A stretch of DNA of 63,986 nucleotides, the filler included, from Conidiobolus incongruus B7586 (taxonomy: Eukaryota), in NCBI GenBank assembly GCA_000697335.1. It is 6 parts of 6 records of this genome, joined end to end, with 100 filler letters (N's around TTAATTAATTAA, not from the genome) between each part and the next. Parts side by side here need not be neighbours in the genome. Positions count along the whole stretch, not along the records: positions 11,338 to 20,872 come from JNEM01006073.1; positions 20,973 to 49,904 come from JNEM01006074.1; 4 more parts are not named here. The stretch is one strand, 5' to 3'. Shown in pieces: positions 14,144-25,621 of this stretch (the first letter of the stretch is position 1; every line of letters begins with the position of its first letter). The notes beneath the pieces were generated by a model that made no database searches, was not told the DNA's origin, and worked only from the letters and a program-made list of their open reading frames with translations. A program made the translations under genes and the position numbers.

Positions 14144-16307
14144 AATCAAATTTATAAATATGAGGTAAAAACAACATATTTGCAGAGTGCATGATATATG
14201 CAAATTAAATTATTTTAACTGAGTACATATAATTTTCATGTTTTTGATTTTTAAAATATTAATTGATAAAATATTATAGTTATCAATTGTATTAGAGATT
14301 TTTAGTCATATAATCTTACTATTCCATGAAATTACATAATAAAAATAATCAGTATAATATTATACTGTTCTTTATCAAACTATTATATCTTTTTAAATTT
14401 TAAAAATGATGATCTTATGATTGAGTTATTTTAAAACAAATAAAAAGTAAAAAAAATTTGTAATAATTAAATAAGTTATTTTAAATTTCTCCTGAAAAAA
14501 GATAATGGTAAGTTGATTAGTATACAAATATCCTAACACAAGGCAATGATCCAAATAATTATAACTGTAAATTGGATGATTACCAATAGAATATAATAAA
14601 TTAAGAATTATAAAATTAGTGAAGTATTATAATAGTATAATTTACAAATTTATTTTTGGAGAGTTTATAGTGATTGCTTATGAAATTCTGAGTTATAATA
14701 TATATTTCAAACTTTGAGTATATGTATAGAAAAAAAACTTTTCAACCTATCAATATATCACCCTTCAATTTGATTTACCTTTAATCAAATTCATATTGAT
14801 AAAATAATAAATTTATTTTAATAATGTATCATATATAATTAGTACCCTCTTCTTTCAAGTAAACATGAACAAAGAACCAATTTTGAGAACCATCACAAAA
14901 ATACACCATTATTTAGTCACACCCCCATAAACTCCTAAATAACTGTAAAATAAACTAGTTACTTCTATCCTAAAAGTTTGATTTTTGGTTTACTAATCAA
15001 AATTACACTTCTACAAATTATCTTCTTTACACTTCCTAGTGTGTCATCTCTATCGTAATGTGTTATTAAAACCATTTTTTTACCCTATTTCAATATATTG
15101 TGTTCAACATATTTCTTATTATAATTAAATGCAATGTTGCTACAACCTCTTCTTGATTTTATTTATTGTTGTATAACTTTATATCATGGACTTCATTTGT
15201 TCTAATTTGCCTAATTTATAATTAAATATAATGAAGCAATCTGTCTAGTCATTGTGACTCAACCGGTCCTCCTGGTTCCTAGAGTTCTGGACCACATAAG
15301 TCACCTATATCTCTGACCACCGAGATGAAATTGTAGAGTTGACATTGGTACCCCTTGCCAATTCCTTAATATTAGCATAAATTCAATTGAAATATTGAAT
15401 TACAGCGAATTCTCTTAATATTGAGAATTTTTTTTAATCAACTTTAAATCTGAAAAAATAAACAATCTCTAGTCACTTCATTTGCTTGTCAAAATCAAAT
15501 TTATAAAAATATTTTTAAAGAACATTAAAAACTAATCAATAAATGCTTATAGTACTAAGAGTCGAAAATGAGCCAAATATTTTTATATATGAGTTGCTCA
15601 AATTGAAAAATTCTAAATATAAGATTATGCAATTAATGAAAAATTCTAATATTTATTAATCTCCTCTATTTTTTATTAGTCATATATTTATATAAAACAT
15701 TATAATTAATTAAATATATCTAAAGTAGAAATACTACCATAAAAATTTATTATATATTTGGTAAGTATTTTTACTTAAAATTGATGGCATTATTCTATTA
15801 TATTAATTTAAAATTTAATTGAAAAATGTATTAGTTTTGCATCTTGCAAACCAAATCAAGGTAATAATGGAATCATTACATAAATTTTAATCCCTTCAAT
15901 ATAGCGTGATATATATATAGTTTTTGATATTTGGTATTTTGATAATTGATCTGTTCTTTAAGATATTTTTAAGGCGGAGGGAATGAGTTCGACACTCTAA
16001 GATTTCATTCTTCCATTGGACTTTTATATAAGTTGATAGCATTGATTTATCTTTCTTGAGTATTACAATAATTTTCCTTTAGACAATGTGCAAGGGTTTT
16101 TTTATTTAGATATATTAAATCATTGTTAATCCAAACTCCAAATTTAAGTAATTATCATTTAAATCTTAATCTAATTCAAATTATTTCAAACATTATCTAC
16201 CCTATAATACCATAAGTCTTCCTTTAAAAATAATAGCTACGATAATGGTATATCACATTTTATACATTAAATTTCAGAATTTACATTTGTGAAATCACCT
16301 TAATAAC

Positions 16308-16731
16308 ATCATCCAAATCTCAAAACAACCTGATTTCTGCTGTTTATTTTTTTATTCTGATTTTTAAGTAAATTAATTTATTTGGATGATTTCACTTCAA
16401 TTGAGTCAAACTAATTTATCTAACTGAGTGATTCAATTGTGACATCATTCACAAGATTATTCACTAAACAAACCCTAATTGAATCATCCAAAGAATTCAA
16501 TACAGATAGATTATTAGTTTAAATATGAGTTTAATAGGTTGAAAAATTAATTAGAAAACTTTAAAATTGCAAAATGCTGAACACAATCCATTGAAGATTA
16601 CCTTGAGCCCTTAAAGAAATAGTACCTATAAAAAACTACTGATTGACTCTAATAACATACCTTTATAGAATTAGGGTAACTGATTTTGACACAAGTTTTA
16701 AAGAAACCCTAAATAACTGAATATCATCCAA
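16308..16731. promoter_or_regulatory. Motif cluster upstream of the amino-acid permease
   Basis: ATCATCCAA at 16308, 16382 (reverse), 16483 and 16723; Gcn4/CpcA-type TGAGTCA at 16402-16408. Confidence 0.45.
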
Positions 16732-17005
16732 TTTGGAATGAATTAATTTAGTTAAAATTTGACCCCCACATCTAATTATTTCAATTCACATTGTCAAAAT
16801 CTAAAATTGTTGTGATTTACAACGCTGTTGGAGGTAGTTTTAGGTATATAAGGACATAATTTCATCATTATAGGCAAAATTTTATCATTATTATAATATA
16901 ATAATTGATTTATATTACATTCCTCTTAATATCAAGTTTTTTGGATTATTCACTACATTAATTAATTCTATTAATTTATAATAAAGAAATATTAAATTAT
17001 TCAAA

Positions 17006-18640
17006 ATGAGTGCTTCAAATATCGATGTGAATGCAGAGAACGCCAACTTTGAGAAAAAATCTAATCAGTTTAATAACCAGCTTGAAGTAAGGGAACCAAG
17101 GAGCCCTGCAGTCGTGCGAAAACCTAGTGAATCCATTTGGAAATTTCAGTTAAGGCGCTTGTTTGCCACTAGGAGAATTGAAGATCTGCTGGCTGAAACT
17201 CAGACTGGTGGTCTGAAGGCTACGCTCACTTGGTACCAGCTACTCGCCCTCGGCATTGGTATTATCATTGGAACGGGTATCTTTGTGTATACGGGAACTG
17301 TTGCCGCCAATAATACGGGTCCTGCTATTTCTTCGGCATTCGCTATTGCCGGTGTTGTGTCAGCTTTATCCGCTTTGAGTTTTTCCGAATTGGCTAGTAT
17401 GATCCCGGTCGCAGGATCTGCCTACACGTATGCTTATGCTACTATGGGTGAGTTAATCGCTTGGATCATTGGATGGAATTTAATTTTGGAATATATGGCT
17501 GGTTCTGCAGCAGTTGCAGTAGGCTGGAGCTCCTACATGGTTACTTTTCTCAAGCGTATTTCTCCTCTCCAGCCTGCCGAAGCAGTTATTAATGGCCCTC
17601 TCAAATGGAGTCAAGAAACTTTGAGCTTTGAAGTAACTTCTAACGTCATTAATATTCCAGCTGTTATCATTGTACTTGCTATTGGGACCCTACTTGTCAT
17701 CGGAACTAAGGAATCTGCCTGGGTTACATCTATTATCGTCGCTATTAAAATTATAGTGGTATTACTCTTCCTTATTGTTGCTGGGCCTTACGTTGACACA
17801 TCTAGATGGCATCCCTATTTGCCTGAAGCAACTGGCACCTATGGCAAATACGGGGTAGGTGGTTTATTCAAAGGAGCTTCAATTGTATTCTTTGCATATA
17901 TCGGTTTTGACTCGGTATCGACTGCCGCCCAAGAAGCAAAGAATCCCGGACGAGATATGCCTATCGGTATTCTTGGCTCTTTGACAATTTGTACCATACT
18001 TTATATTGCAGTATCTATGGTCATGACGGGAATTGCAGACTATACAACACTCGGCACTTCAGATCCAATAACTCAAGCGACATCCAATTTGGACAAACCT
18101 TGGCTCGATGCAATCATTGCATTCGGAGCAGTAATGGGATTGACAAGTGTAATGCTAGTTCAAATTATGGCTCAAGCTCGTGTGTTTTACAGCATGGGTC
18201 GTGACGGCCTACTCCCATCAGTCTTCTACAAAGTGCATCCCAGATTTGGAACTCCATGGATCTCGACAATAATCATTTCAATCATTGTAGCAATTATGGC
18301 AGCTATCCTCCCCACCGAATTTTTGGGCGAAATGACGAGTGTTGGCACGTTGACAGCTTTCTTTTTCGTGAATATTGGTGTAGCTGTTCTTAGAATTAAA
18401 GCACCCAGCCATCCCCGAAGATTTAAAGTGCCTTTTGGACCATACATCATTCCTCCTCTTGGTGCAATTAGCTGTCTCTTCCTCATTGGAGTGTCTTCGG
18501 TAGATACCATCTATCGATTGCTAGGATGGATTGCAATCGGTTTAATTGTTTATATTTGCTACAGTAGAAGATATTCTAAAATCAATCATCCAGAAAAATG
18601 GATAGACATTGATGTGCCTCCTGCAATGGATGCACATTAA
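17006..18640 (+). CDS. APC-superfamily amino-acid permease (CAT/YhdG-like), 544 aa
   Basis: Intronless ORF with about 12 or more hydrophobic segments; motifs GIIIGTGIF, ELASMIPVAGSAY, FFAYIGFDSVSTAAQEAKNP, ARVFYSMGRDGLLP. Confidence 0.93.
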   Translation: MSASNIDVNAENANFEKKSNQFNNQLEVREPRSPAVVRKPSESIWKFQLRRLFATRRIEDLLAETQTGGLKATLTWYQLLALGIGIIIGTGIFVYTGTVAANNTGPAISSAFAIAGVVSALSALSFSELASMIPVAGSAYTYAYATMGELIAWIIGWNLILEYMAGSAAVAVGWSSYMVTFLKRISPLQPAEAVINGPLKWSQETLSFEVTSNVINIPAVIIVLAIGTLLVIGTKESAWVTSIIVAIKIIVVLLFLIVAGPYVDTSRWHPYLPEATGTYGKYGVGGLFKGASIVFFAYIGFDSVSTAAQEAKNPGRDMPIGILGSLTICTILYIAVSMVMTGIADYTTLGTSDPITQATSNLDKPWLDAIIAFGAVMGLTSVMLVQIMAQARVFYSMGRDGLLPSVFYKVHPRFGTPWISTIIISIIVAIMAAILPTEFLGEMTSVGTLTAFFFVNIGVAVLRIKAPSHPRRFKVPFGPYIIPPLGAISCLFLIGVSSVDTIYRLLGWIAIGLIVYICYSRRYSKINHPEKWIDIDVPPAMDAH

Positions 18641-19286
18641 TTAAATCAATTGCAGAATTGTTTATAATTTGAATACTAACTTTGTATATATATATATATT
18701 ATCTGAATATTTTTTTTAATATTAGCATTTTTGTAATAAATATTAAGAAATTTATTTTTATTTATTTAAAACAGATTATTTTTTTTCTTATCATATTATC
18801 TAAATATTTGATAATTCATACAATTGGATATTCTTTACTTCTAATATTATCAAAGAAAAAAATAAAAGTATTACTTCAACAATATCTTTTTATATTGATT
18901 TCATGAAATTATAAAGTTTTGTAAATTATTTGTAATATCAAAAATAAAAGACTGGATATTAGAACAAATATATAGATGTGTTATCAAGAGATCAAATATT
19001 TTTGAATATACCGCCCTTATTTTAATTTTATTGCAAATTTTATAAATATTTTGAAATTATAAATTTTAATAATATACTGCGATAAATTAAAGTATGTGAA
19101 GTTGCTTATATATTTATAGTATAATTATTTTAGTATCTGAAATAAAACAGAATATAATATTATTAAATTAATGATTTTCTAAAATCAAAAAAATTCCATC
19201 AATCAAGCAATTTCCTATCTTGAGATTTAAGCAAACAGAGACAGAGAAAATATTTAGAAAAGATTAAGAACAATTAATTATGTATG

Positions 19287-19781
19287 TGTCAACGGCCTCT
19301 AAGATCCGCTAATGAGGGGCTGAAGAATTCGTCATGAGGTCATCACATCGATGTATAAGAATTCCCCAGTTCATTAGTAAGCATAGGCGCATGATCCAAC
19401 GATTAATCCCGGTAGTCAACCAAGTTTCTCCCCAGCTAAGCGTTACACATAGAATGGCGACAACGAGTACAAATGTGGACACCTGTGTAGGCTCCGCAAG
19501 GGGGACTTACTTTAAGACTGCAGGGGAGAAAATATAACGAAACATTACCATAGTATATATTCCTTATTATAAAGTACTTTGATCTTGTGAAGAAGAGTTT
19601 ATTTGTTCTTTTGGATCTTTCAAGGAATGACCAGAATAGTTGAGTGAACTATTCTGGTGTGTTCTTTTATGTTTCCTTATTATATACTAATTGTTTTACT
19701 TATTTTGGCTTGCTTCGGGGACTTTTGTTTTGTGTTATTAATATAACCTTGTTTCGGATAATGTCACGATGGGTCGTGACA
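19287..19781. mobile_element. Solo LTR (495 bp), different family
   Basis: TGTCAACGGCC...GGGTCGTGACA imperfect terminal inverted repeat; 5-bp TSD GTATG/ATATG; internal TATA/AATAAA-like motifs. Confidence 0.8.
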
Positions 19782-19901
19782 ATATGAATATTCGGATAAC
19801 AAATATGAAAAATAATATCATCAGGAGGATAAATTTTAATGAAATGATCAATAAGTGATGTCATTCATATAATATTGTTTCATTTGCTAAACTAAAACGA
19901 T

Positions 19902-19974
19902 TGCCTTCTACCAGAATCAAACTGGTGACTTTCAGCTTACTAAGCGGATGCTCTGCTAACTTAGCTAAGAAGGC
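19902..19974 (-). tRNA. tRNA-Thr(AGT), probably a pseudogene
   Basis: Minus strand GCCTTCT TA GCTAAGTTAGCAGAGC A TCCGC TTAGTAA GCTGA AAGTC ACCAG TTTGATT CTGGT AGAAGGC A. Acceptor and T stems are perfect and the anticodon is AGT, but the T-loop is TTTGA instead of TTCGA, the D-loop GG is lost, and the D and anticodon stems have mismatches. Confidence 0.8.
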
Positions 19975-20872
19975 TTTCTTTATCTATTAACCAATTAACT
20001 TTAGAAATCTACAAAATTCGCCAATTTTTTGCTATACTTGTTCCTATTTTATTTTAATTTGAACTTATCAATCAATATTAAAATCCTTCTTTACTCAAAA
20101 TATTATATTCTTTTTGTATATGAAATTAAAATATAGTTTTTATTTTTACTATCCTTGATTCATCAACCACTATAATAATTCAATTTCTAAATCTTTGAAC
20201 TTTTTATTTAGTATAATCAAACCTGGTTTAAATTATTTTAAACCTTTAATATATTTGTATTTACTGGTAATATTTCTAATTATTTTATTAATATCTAAAC
20301 AAACAGTTTCAACTTGTCCCATAACCACTGAATTATTTTCTCACTATTTAATTATACTTTTATTTATAACATTTAACATAACAAAAGAACCAGGTTTTTG
20401 AAAATATAAAATTACCATTGTTTAATTAATATGCAAGAAAAAACATTAACTTAAATTTCACCACCTTTGTTTTTATTAAGAGATTAGTTTTTAATATCCC
20501 TATATATTTCTATATAATTTATTTAACTATAAATTAATAAATTTATATTTTTAAAATTAAATTAATTAAATATATAATAATAAGTTATTTAAAAAAATAT
20601 TTTTTTCCTATTATTTCTAAGATTAAAACTATATATTATTGAAATTATAATATATTAATATTATCTAATATAAATCTTAATTTATTAATATTGATTCATT
20701 TGTTTATAAAGCTTTATTAAACTTTGTTTAAATTTATAATATTTAATTATATTATTAATATAGTCTTAAAAACCATATTATATTTATATTAGATTTTTTT
20801 GTATTATATTAAAAACCTAGTTTTTTAAAACCTTATATATATTTATATAATCTAATTAACTATAAATTATAA

Positions 20873-20972
20873 NNNNNNNNNNNNNNNNNNNNNNNNNNNN
20901 NNNNNNNNNNNNNNNNTTAATTAATTAANNNNNNNNNNNNNNNNNNNNNNNNNNNNNNNNNNNNNNNNNNNN
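20873..20972. other. Assembly gap linker
   Basis: N-TTAATTAATTAA-N spacer. Confidence 0.98.
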
Positions 20973-22525
20973 ATAAGTTTAAAATTAAAAATACTTATAT
21001 TTTTACTAATAACTTAATTAATATTTAATAAAATAAACTTAAATTAAATAATTAAAATCTATTATATTTATTAATTATATATATTATTAAATAATGATAT
21101 TTAGTTATTAATTGGCTAAAATATAAACCTTTAAATTTTACCTAGGGTAAATTATAAATTTGTAGGTTTTTAGTGATAAAAAAAAATTAAAACTTAATAT
21201 ATCTACCTTTAACTTTTTTAACTTCTTTAAGTTTATAGGATATAAAATCAATTAACTTTTTACACTAAGAAAAGTTAATCTTGTTCTATACTTCTTAAAC
21301 ATATTTCTAAAGTTGATTTAAATTTTTTATTAGGGGGAAAACTTTAATAGCTTTTTTAATTAATCTTAAAGGTGTTTAATTAGATTAAAGTTTAAAAATT
21401 AAAGAAGCTATTTTATAACTATTATCTAGTTATTTTTAAGTTATTTGGTAATAGAAGTTATAATATAATAAAAAGCATTATCTTACTAGAAAATAATATC
21501 AGATTTATTTAACCTATATTATTTAATAGTTTTTTTCAATTTATTATTTAGAATACTTTAGTACATTTTAATATTAATTCCCCTATTAACTTTATAAAGG
21601 TATTTTACATCTAAAGATAATATATATCCCTAAACAATAATTAACTTATTATTATACTTTTAAGTAAAATTAATATAATGGTTATAAAGTAATTCTATAT
21701 TTTTTCTAAAGCATTTAGCTTTTTTATCAAATCTACTAAAATATATTTTTGTTTCATTAAACTAAATAACTTTATTTTAATTAGTTTTAATTTAATATTA
21801 GTGGTGATATTTAAATTCCTATTTAACTTTACAGTAGGATTTCTTTAGTTAAAGGTGTTTTTTCTTAAAGTATAAGTGGTATCTATGTTAATATAAAGTA
21901 TATATAATAATATCAATGCTAACTAATATTCTTGTATAGTTTTATAGTCCTTGTTATATTTTTACAATAGTACTACACTTACCTATATTAATTAACTTAT
22001 AGATATACTTCTTATCATATTTATCTATGATTTTAGTATATTTAAGTTTAAGTTTAAATGTTTCTTTATTGCTATTCTTAATAACTTTAACTATAGTAAA
22101 CTAACTAACACTAGTAATTTTAACAATATTATAAGTTGATTTACCTTTTTTATAAATTTAATTGATACACAAGTAGATTTTTTTAGAGAGGGATTTAAGT
22201 ATAATAATATTATTAAAAAAAATTTAGTATATCTATAAAATATTATATAAAATAATAATAAAAAAAGAAAAAAGATATAGTTATATATTGTTAAATATAT
22301 CCCCTTATCTCAAAAACCCATAAATTTATGACTTATCTTAATTAAATATTAAGGGCTAATATTTTTGCTAATAGTTTACTAAATATATCTAAATATATTT
22401 ATTTATTGTCAAATAATATACCAAATTATATATTATAGTTTTAGGTAATTTGATATTTAGAATTGTTTTAGTTATTAATGAAAATATATATATTTTTGAT
22501 TTTATGATTTTTTTATAGGTTAGTA
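20973..22525 (-). mobile_element. Hypermutated Tc1/mariner DNA transposon, copy 1 (left TIR clipped by the gap)
   Basis: Colinear with about 62390-63944; right TIR ...TTTTATAGGTTAGTA followed by TA. Confidence 0.88.
21187..22202 (-). pseudogene. Tc1 DD34E transposase relic (copy 1)
   Basis: Undoing transitions restores VIWSDETK (GTT ATT TAG TTT AAT GAA ACA AAA), FQQDNA (TTC TAG TAA GAT AAT GCT), WPPQSPDLNPIEHLW and the C-terminal KGGYTKF*; many stop codons. Confidence 0.88.
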
Positions 22526-24020
22526 TATAATTAAAGTGATTATAATTTTTTTAGTAATTAAAAAATATATTTATAAAAGAATAATCTCTGTCAATAATTT
22601 ATATTAGTTTATAAAATATCAAATTTCAGTTTTTTATAAAAACCTATTCTTTCAATATTAATTACTTATCAAAAATATAAAATTATTATATTAATAACAA
22701 AAAGAAAATTAATTCTATATTTTATGTTAATATCTTTGAATCAGATATTAATAGTTTTATTTGATTATAATTATAAAGTTTTTTAATATTGAATTTCTAT
22801 ATTATTAAATTAATATTATAAATAATTTATATAGTTTCATTTTTGATTATTATTTAAAAATAAAAAATAATTTTTAAATAACAAATGAATAACTAATATA
22901 GATAATATAATGTTTGGTTTTAATAATAAAAACTATATTTTGAATTATTGGATATTTTAGGTAATTTTTGATAAATTATTTATAATCAGTTTAAAGAAAT
23001 ATAGTTAAAAAGTTATATGACAAATTTAGACCAAATTTGGCCTATAAATATCAGGGATTTTGATTATAACATATTACTGATTTTGATTTTTATATATTAA
23101 TAAAATATTCTATATTATTCTAATCCTATAATATTTATTATAATTAAAGTTTGAACTTATCCATTTTTAATATTTAAATAGTTATTAAATTCCCAACTTA
23201 ATTTTTTTATAAATTAAATTGATTGAATTTATTATAGTTAGGTATAATACAAATATATTCAAAATAAAATTATATCTTTATAATAATATTGTTAGTTTAT
23301 AGCTATTATTAGAGAAAAATTTAAAAATTTATATTATATTTAATAATATCTGAATATATATTCTCAAAGAATAAATAAATCTTTTTCAAATTTGAGATAT
23401 TAAATAATGTTAATAATATTAATAATTTGATATTAAACTGTTGTACATTTTGTATAAAAATTAAAAATCAATTGTTTAAATAATTTATTTTGAAATAATA
23501 TTAGAAAATTGAATTTAAAATTATATCTTTAATTTGATAAAGACTAGCTATAAAAAATATCAATATATTGATTTTTTAAGTTTGATGGAATTGAAAAAAT
23601 AAAGCAATAACTCTTGTTTTATAAATTACAAAGAATATAACCAGCCTTCCTGGTAAATTACAATTGTCATAATGATCCACAAGTCAGATTCATCTATATT
23701 TATGCTCATAAAAGCATAAAAACAGCTTTTGAATACCTGTTAATATTGATTAATAACCAATGGTAATAAAAATTAGACATAAATTATTAGTTGCATTATT
23801 AACCAAAATGGAAGGTCTAAACTTATAATAAACACATCAAAACAACCTGCAATAAATTATTATAATAAGGGTAAACAAATTGAACTAATGTTTATTTGAT
23901 ATTCCAATGATAGATTTTGTAAAATAAATAATAAATTTATAAAGGGATAATGGAGATATTTTAAAAATGGTATAAATAAAATAAAACATTGAAGATTTTA
24001 ATGAATTATAATGAATTTAT

Positions 24021-24461
24021 AGTAGCGATGGAGAATAATCCTGTCAATTACTCAAGAAACTCCAATTACCACAGGATTTGAGAAGTCACATTGGAGATAT
24101 CACATTCCATGAACTAGTTGATCCTATTACTTTCCACCTGTAAGTCATTCATGTCCACAAAAATCAACAATGGAACCTAATATAAGATTATCATAAGCAA
24201 ATTAATAAACACATCCTTTTATCTTCATTTTCAAAAGTATACAATCTCTAAGTTTTCTCATAACACTCACAAAAAGTACTGAGTCGTGACGAGCGTGAGA
24301 TACTTACTTTATTCAAAGAACCCGATTCATAAGAAGCCATTCTCAACTAATTTGGTGAACCCCATTAATTTCCCCTAATTTTGTGGTAACCTGGCGATTA
24401 CCACTGGCGATTCCCCGTTTAAGCTCTAAAACCTATTTCTTCCCACGGTTACAACCCGACA
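24021..24461 (+). mobile_element. LTR-like island
   Basis: GC-richer non-coding block with TATA/AATAAA-like motifs ending ...GGTTACAACCCGACA; 5' end and TSD unclear. Confidence 0.35.
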
Positions 24462-25213
24462 ATAGCATATATGAGATAATGAAAATTTTAATGATCAAGG
24501 TAATTTGATTTATTTTGTGTGAGTTTATCTTAAATTTTTCAATTTTTGAATAGATTTTAATTTGCCAAGAGAAAATTGAAATTTGTAAAACAGTTTGAAA
24601 ATTACTCTGCCAATTTATAAGATCAATTATTTTTGACAAAAATATTAGAATTAAATTCGTCCAATATTACTAAATAATGCAGAATAAAAAGCTGGTATAT
24701 TTTTTACAAGTACAGTTAATTTTAAAATTAATAATTAAAAATATTATTATTATGATCAATAACTTTTATAAGGATAATTGGTTAAAAAATACACAATTAA
24801 TGAATTAAAATAAAAAATTTAGGATGATATAATATTTATATTTTTAGAAATAGGTTTGCATATTAATTAGGTTATATAAAATTATATATTAAATTCTATA
24901 ACACTATATTTTATATCAAAAATTATATATATTAAATATCGAAAAATGCTATTTTTAACAAATTATTAAAGTATATACTAATAAATTTGATTTTAGATTA
25001 ATACATGGCTAAAGGAAGAATGATATTATTGCAAATCAATATAGTAAGGTTTATAGATCGATTTGAATATTGAGTTTTATTTCTTAATTAAATTTTAGTA
25101 TTTTAGTAATTAATATCAACTTAACATTGTATTCAAGCTAAATAAATAAATATAAAAGGAGCTATTTCTTTTATAACGTTTCAATATTAATATTGAACTT
25201 GGAATATTGTAAA

Positions 25214-25621
25214 ATGAAATTAATAACTATATTAACTGGTTTGATCTCATCTACATCTCTGTATTCAGCTACTCCATCTGAGCCATTATCTCCTCTTATT
25301 CCTTCTCCATGTCCTTATGGTCAAGAATGGGTAAAACTACCATATGGAGGAGGTGAATGTAGACCAATTGGACCACCAGGTCCAATTGACCCAATCCCAG
25401 TTGAACCCATTGGGCCTTTCCCTGGTGGGCCTTTACCTAGACCATTACCTGGACCTATTCCTTATCCACACCCTTATCCCATTGGTATCCCTGGCCCTCA
25501 CGCTATACCTCTAGCTTCAGTTCCTGCTGGAACTGCTGGTACTCCTAATATTTATAATCCCAATCAAGTTTCAACTGGCAAACAAGGTCTTTTGAACAAA
25601 ATTTTGTTTGGCTTAAAATAA
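25214..25621 (+). CDS. Small secreted Pro/Gly-rich protein, copy 1 (135 aa)
   Basis: ATG at 25214 (MKLITILTG..., same start as its paralogue), signal-peptide-like N-terminus, one Cys pair, PGP-rich tail; TATAAAAGG upstream. Confidence 0.85.
   Translation: MKLITILTGLISSTSLYSATPSEPLSPLIPSPCPYGQEWVKLPYGGGECRPIGPPGPIDPIPVEPIGPFPGGPLPRPLPGPIPYPHPYPIGIPGPHAIPLASVPAGTAGTPNIYNPNQVSTGKQGLLNKILFGLK

Noticed and set aside
15970..16010. B-box-like GAGTTCGACACTC suggesting a tRNA
   Set aside because: No acceptor stem or D arm; at most a remnant.
19334..19537. 67-aa ORF, and the 71-aa ORF at 32607-32822
   Set aside because: They lie in solo LTRs and show no protein motifs.
20440..20700. Possible second eroded IS630/Tc1 transposase (FILDN and NKGG fragments on the minus strand)
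   Set aside because: The motifs are not in a consistent frame and the NPIE motif is not recoverable.
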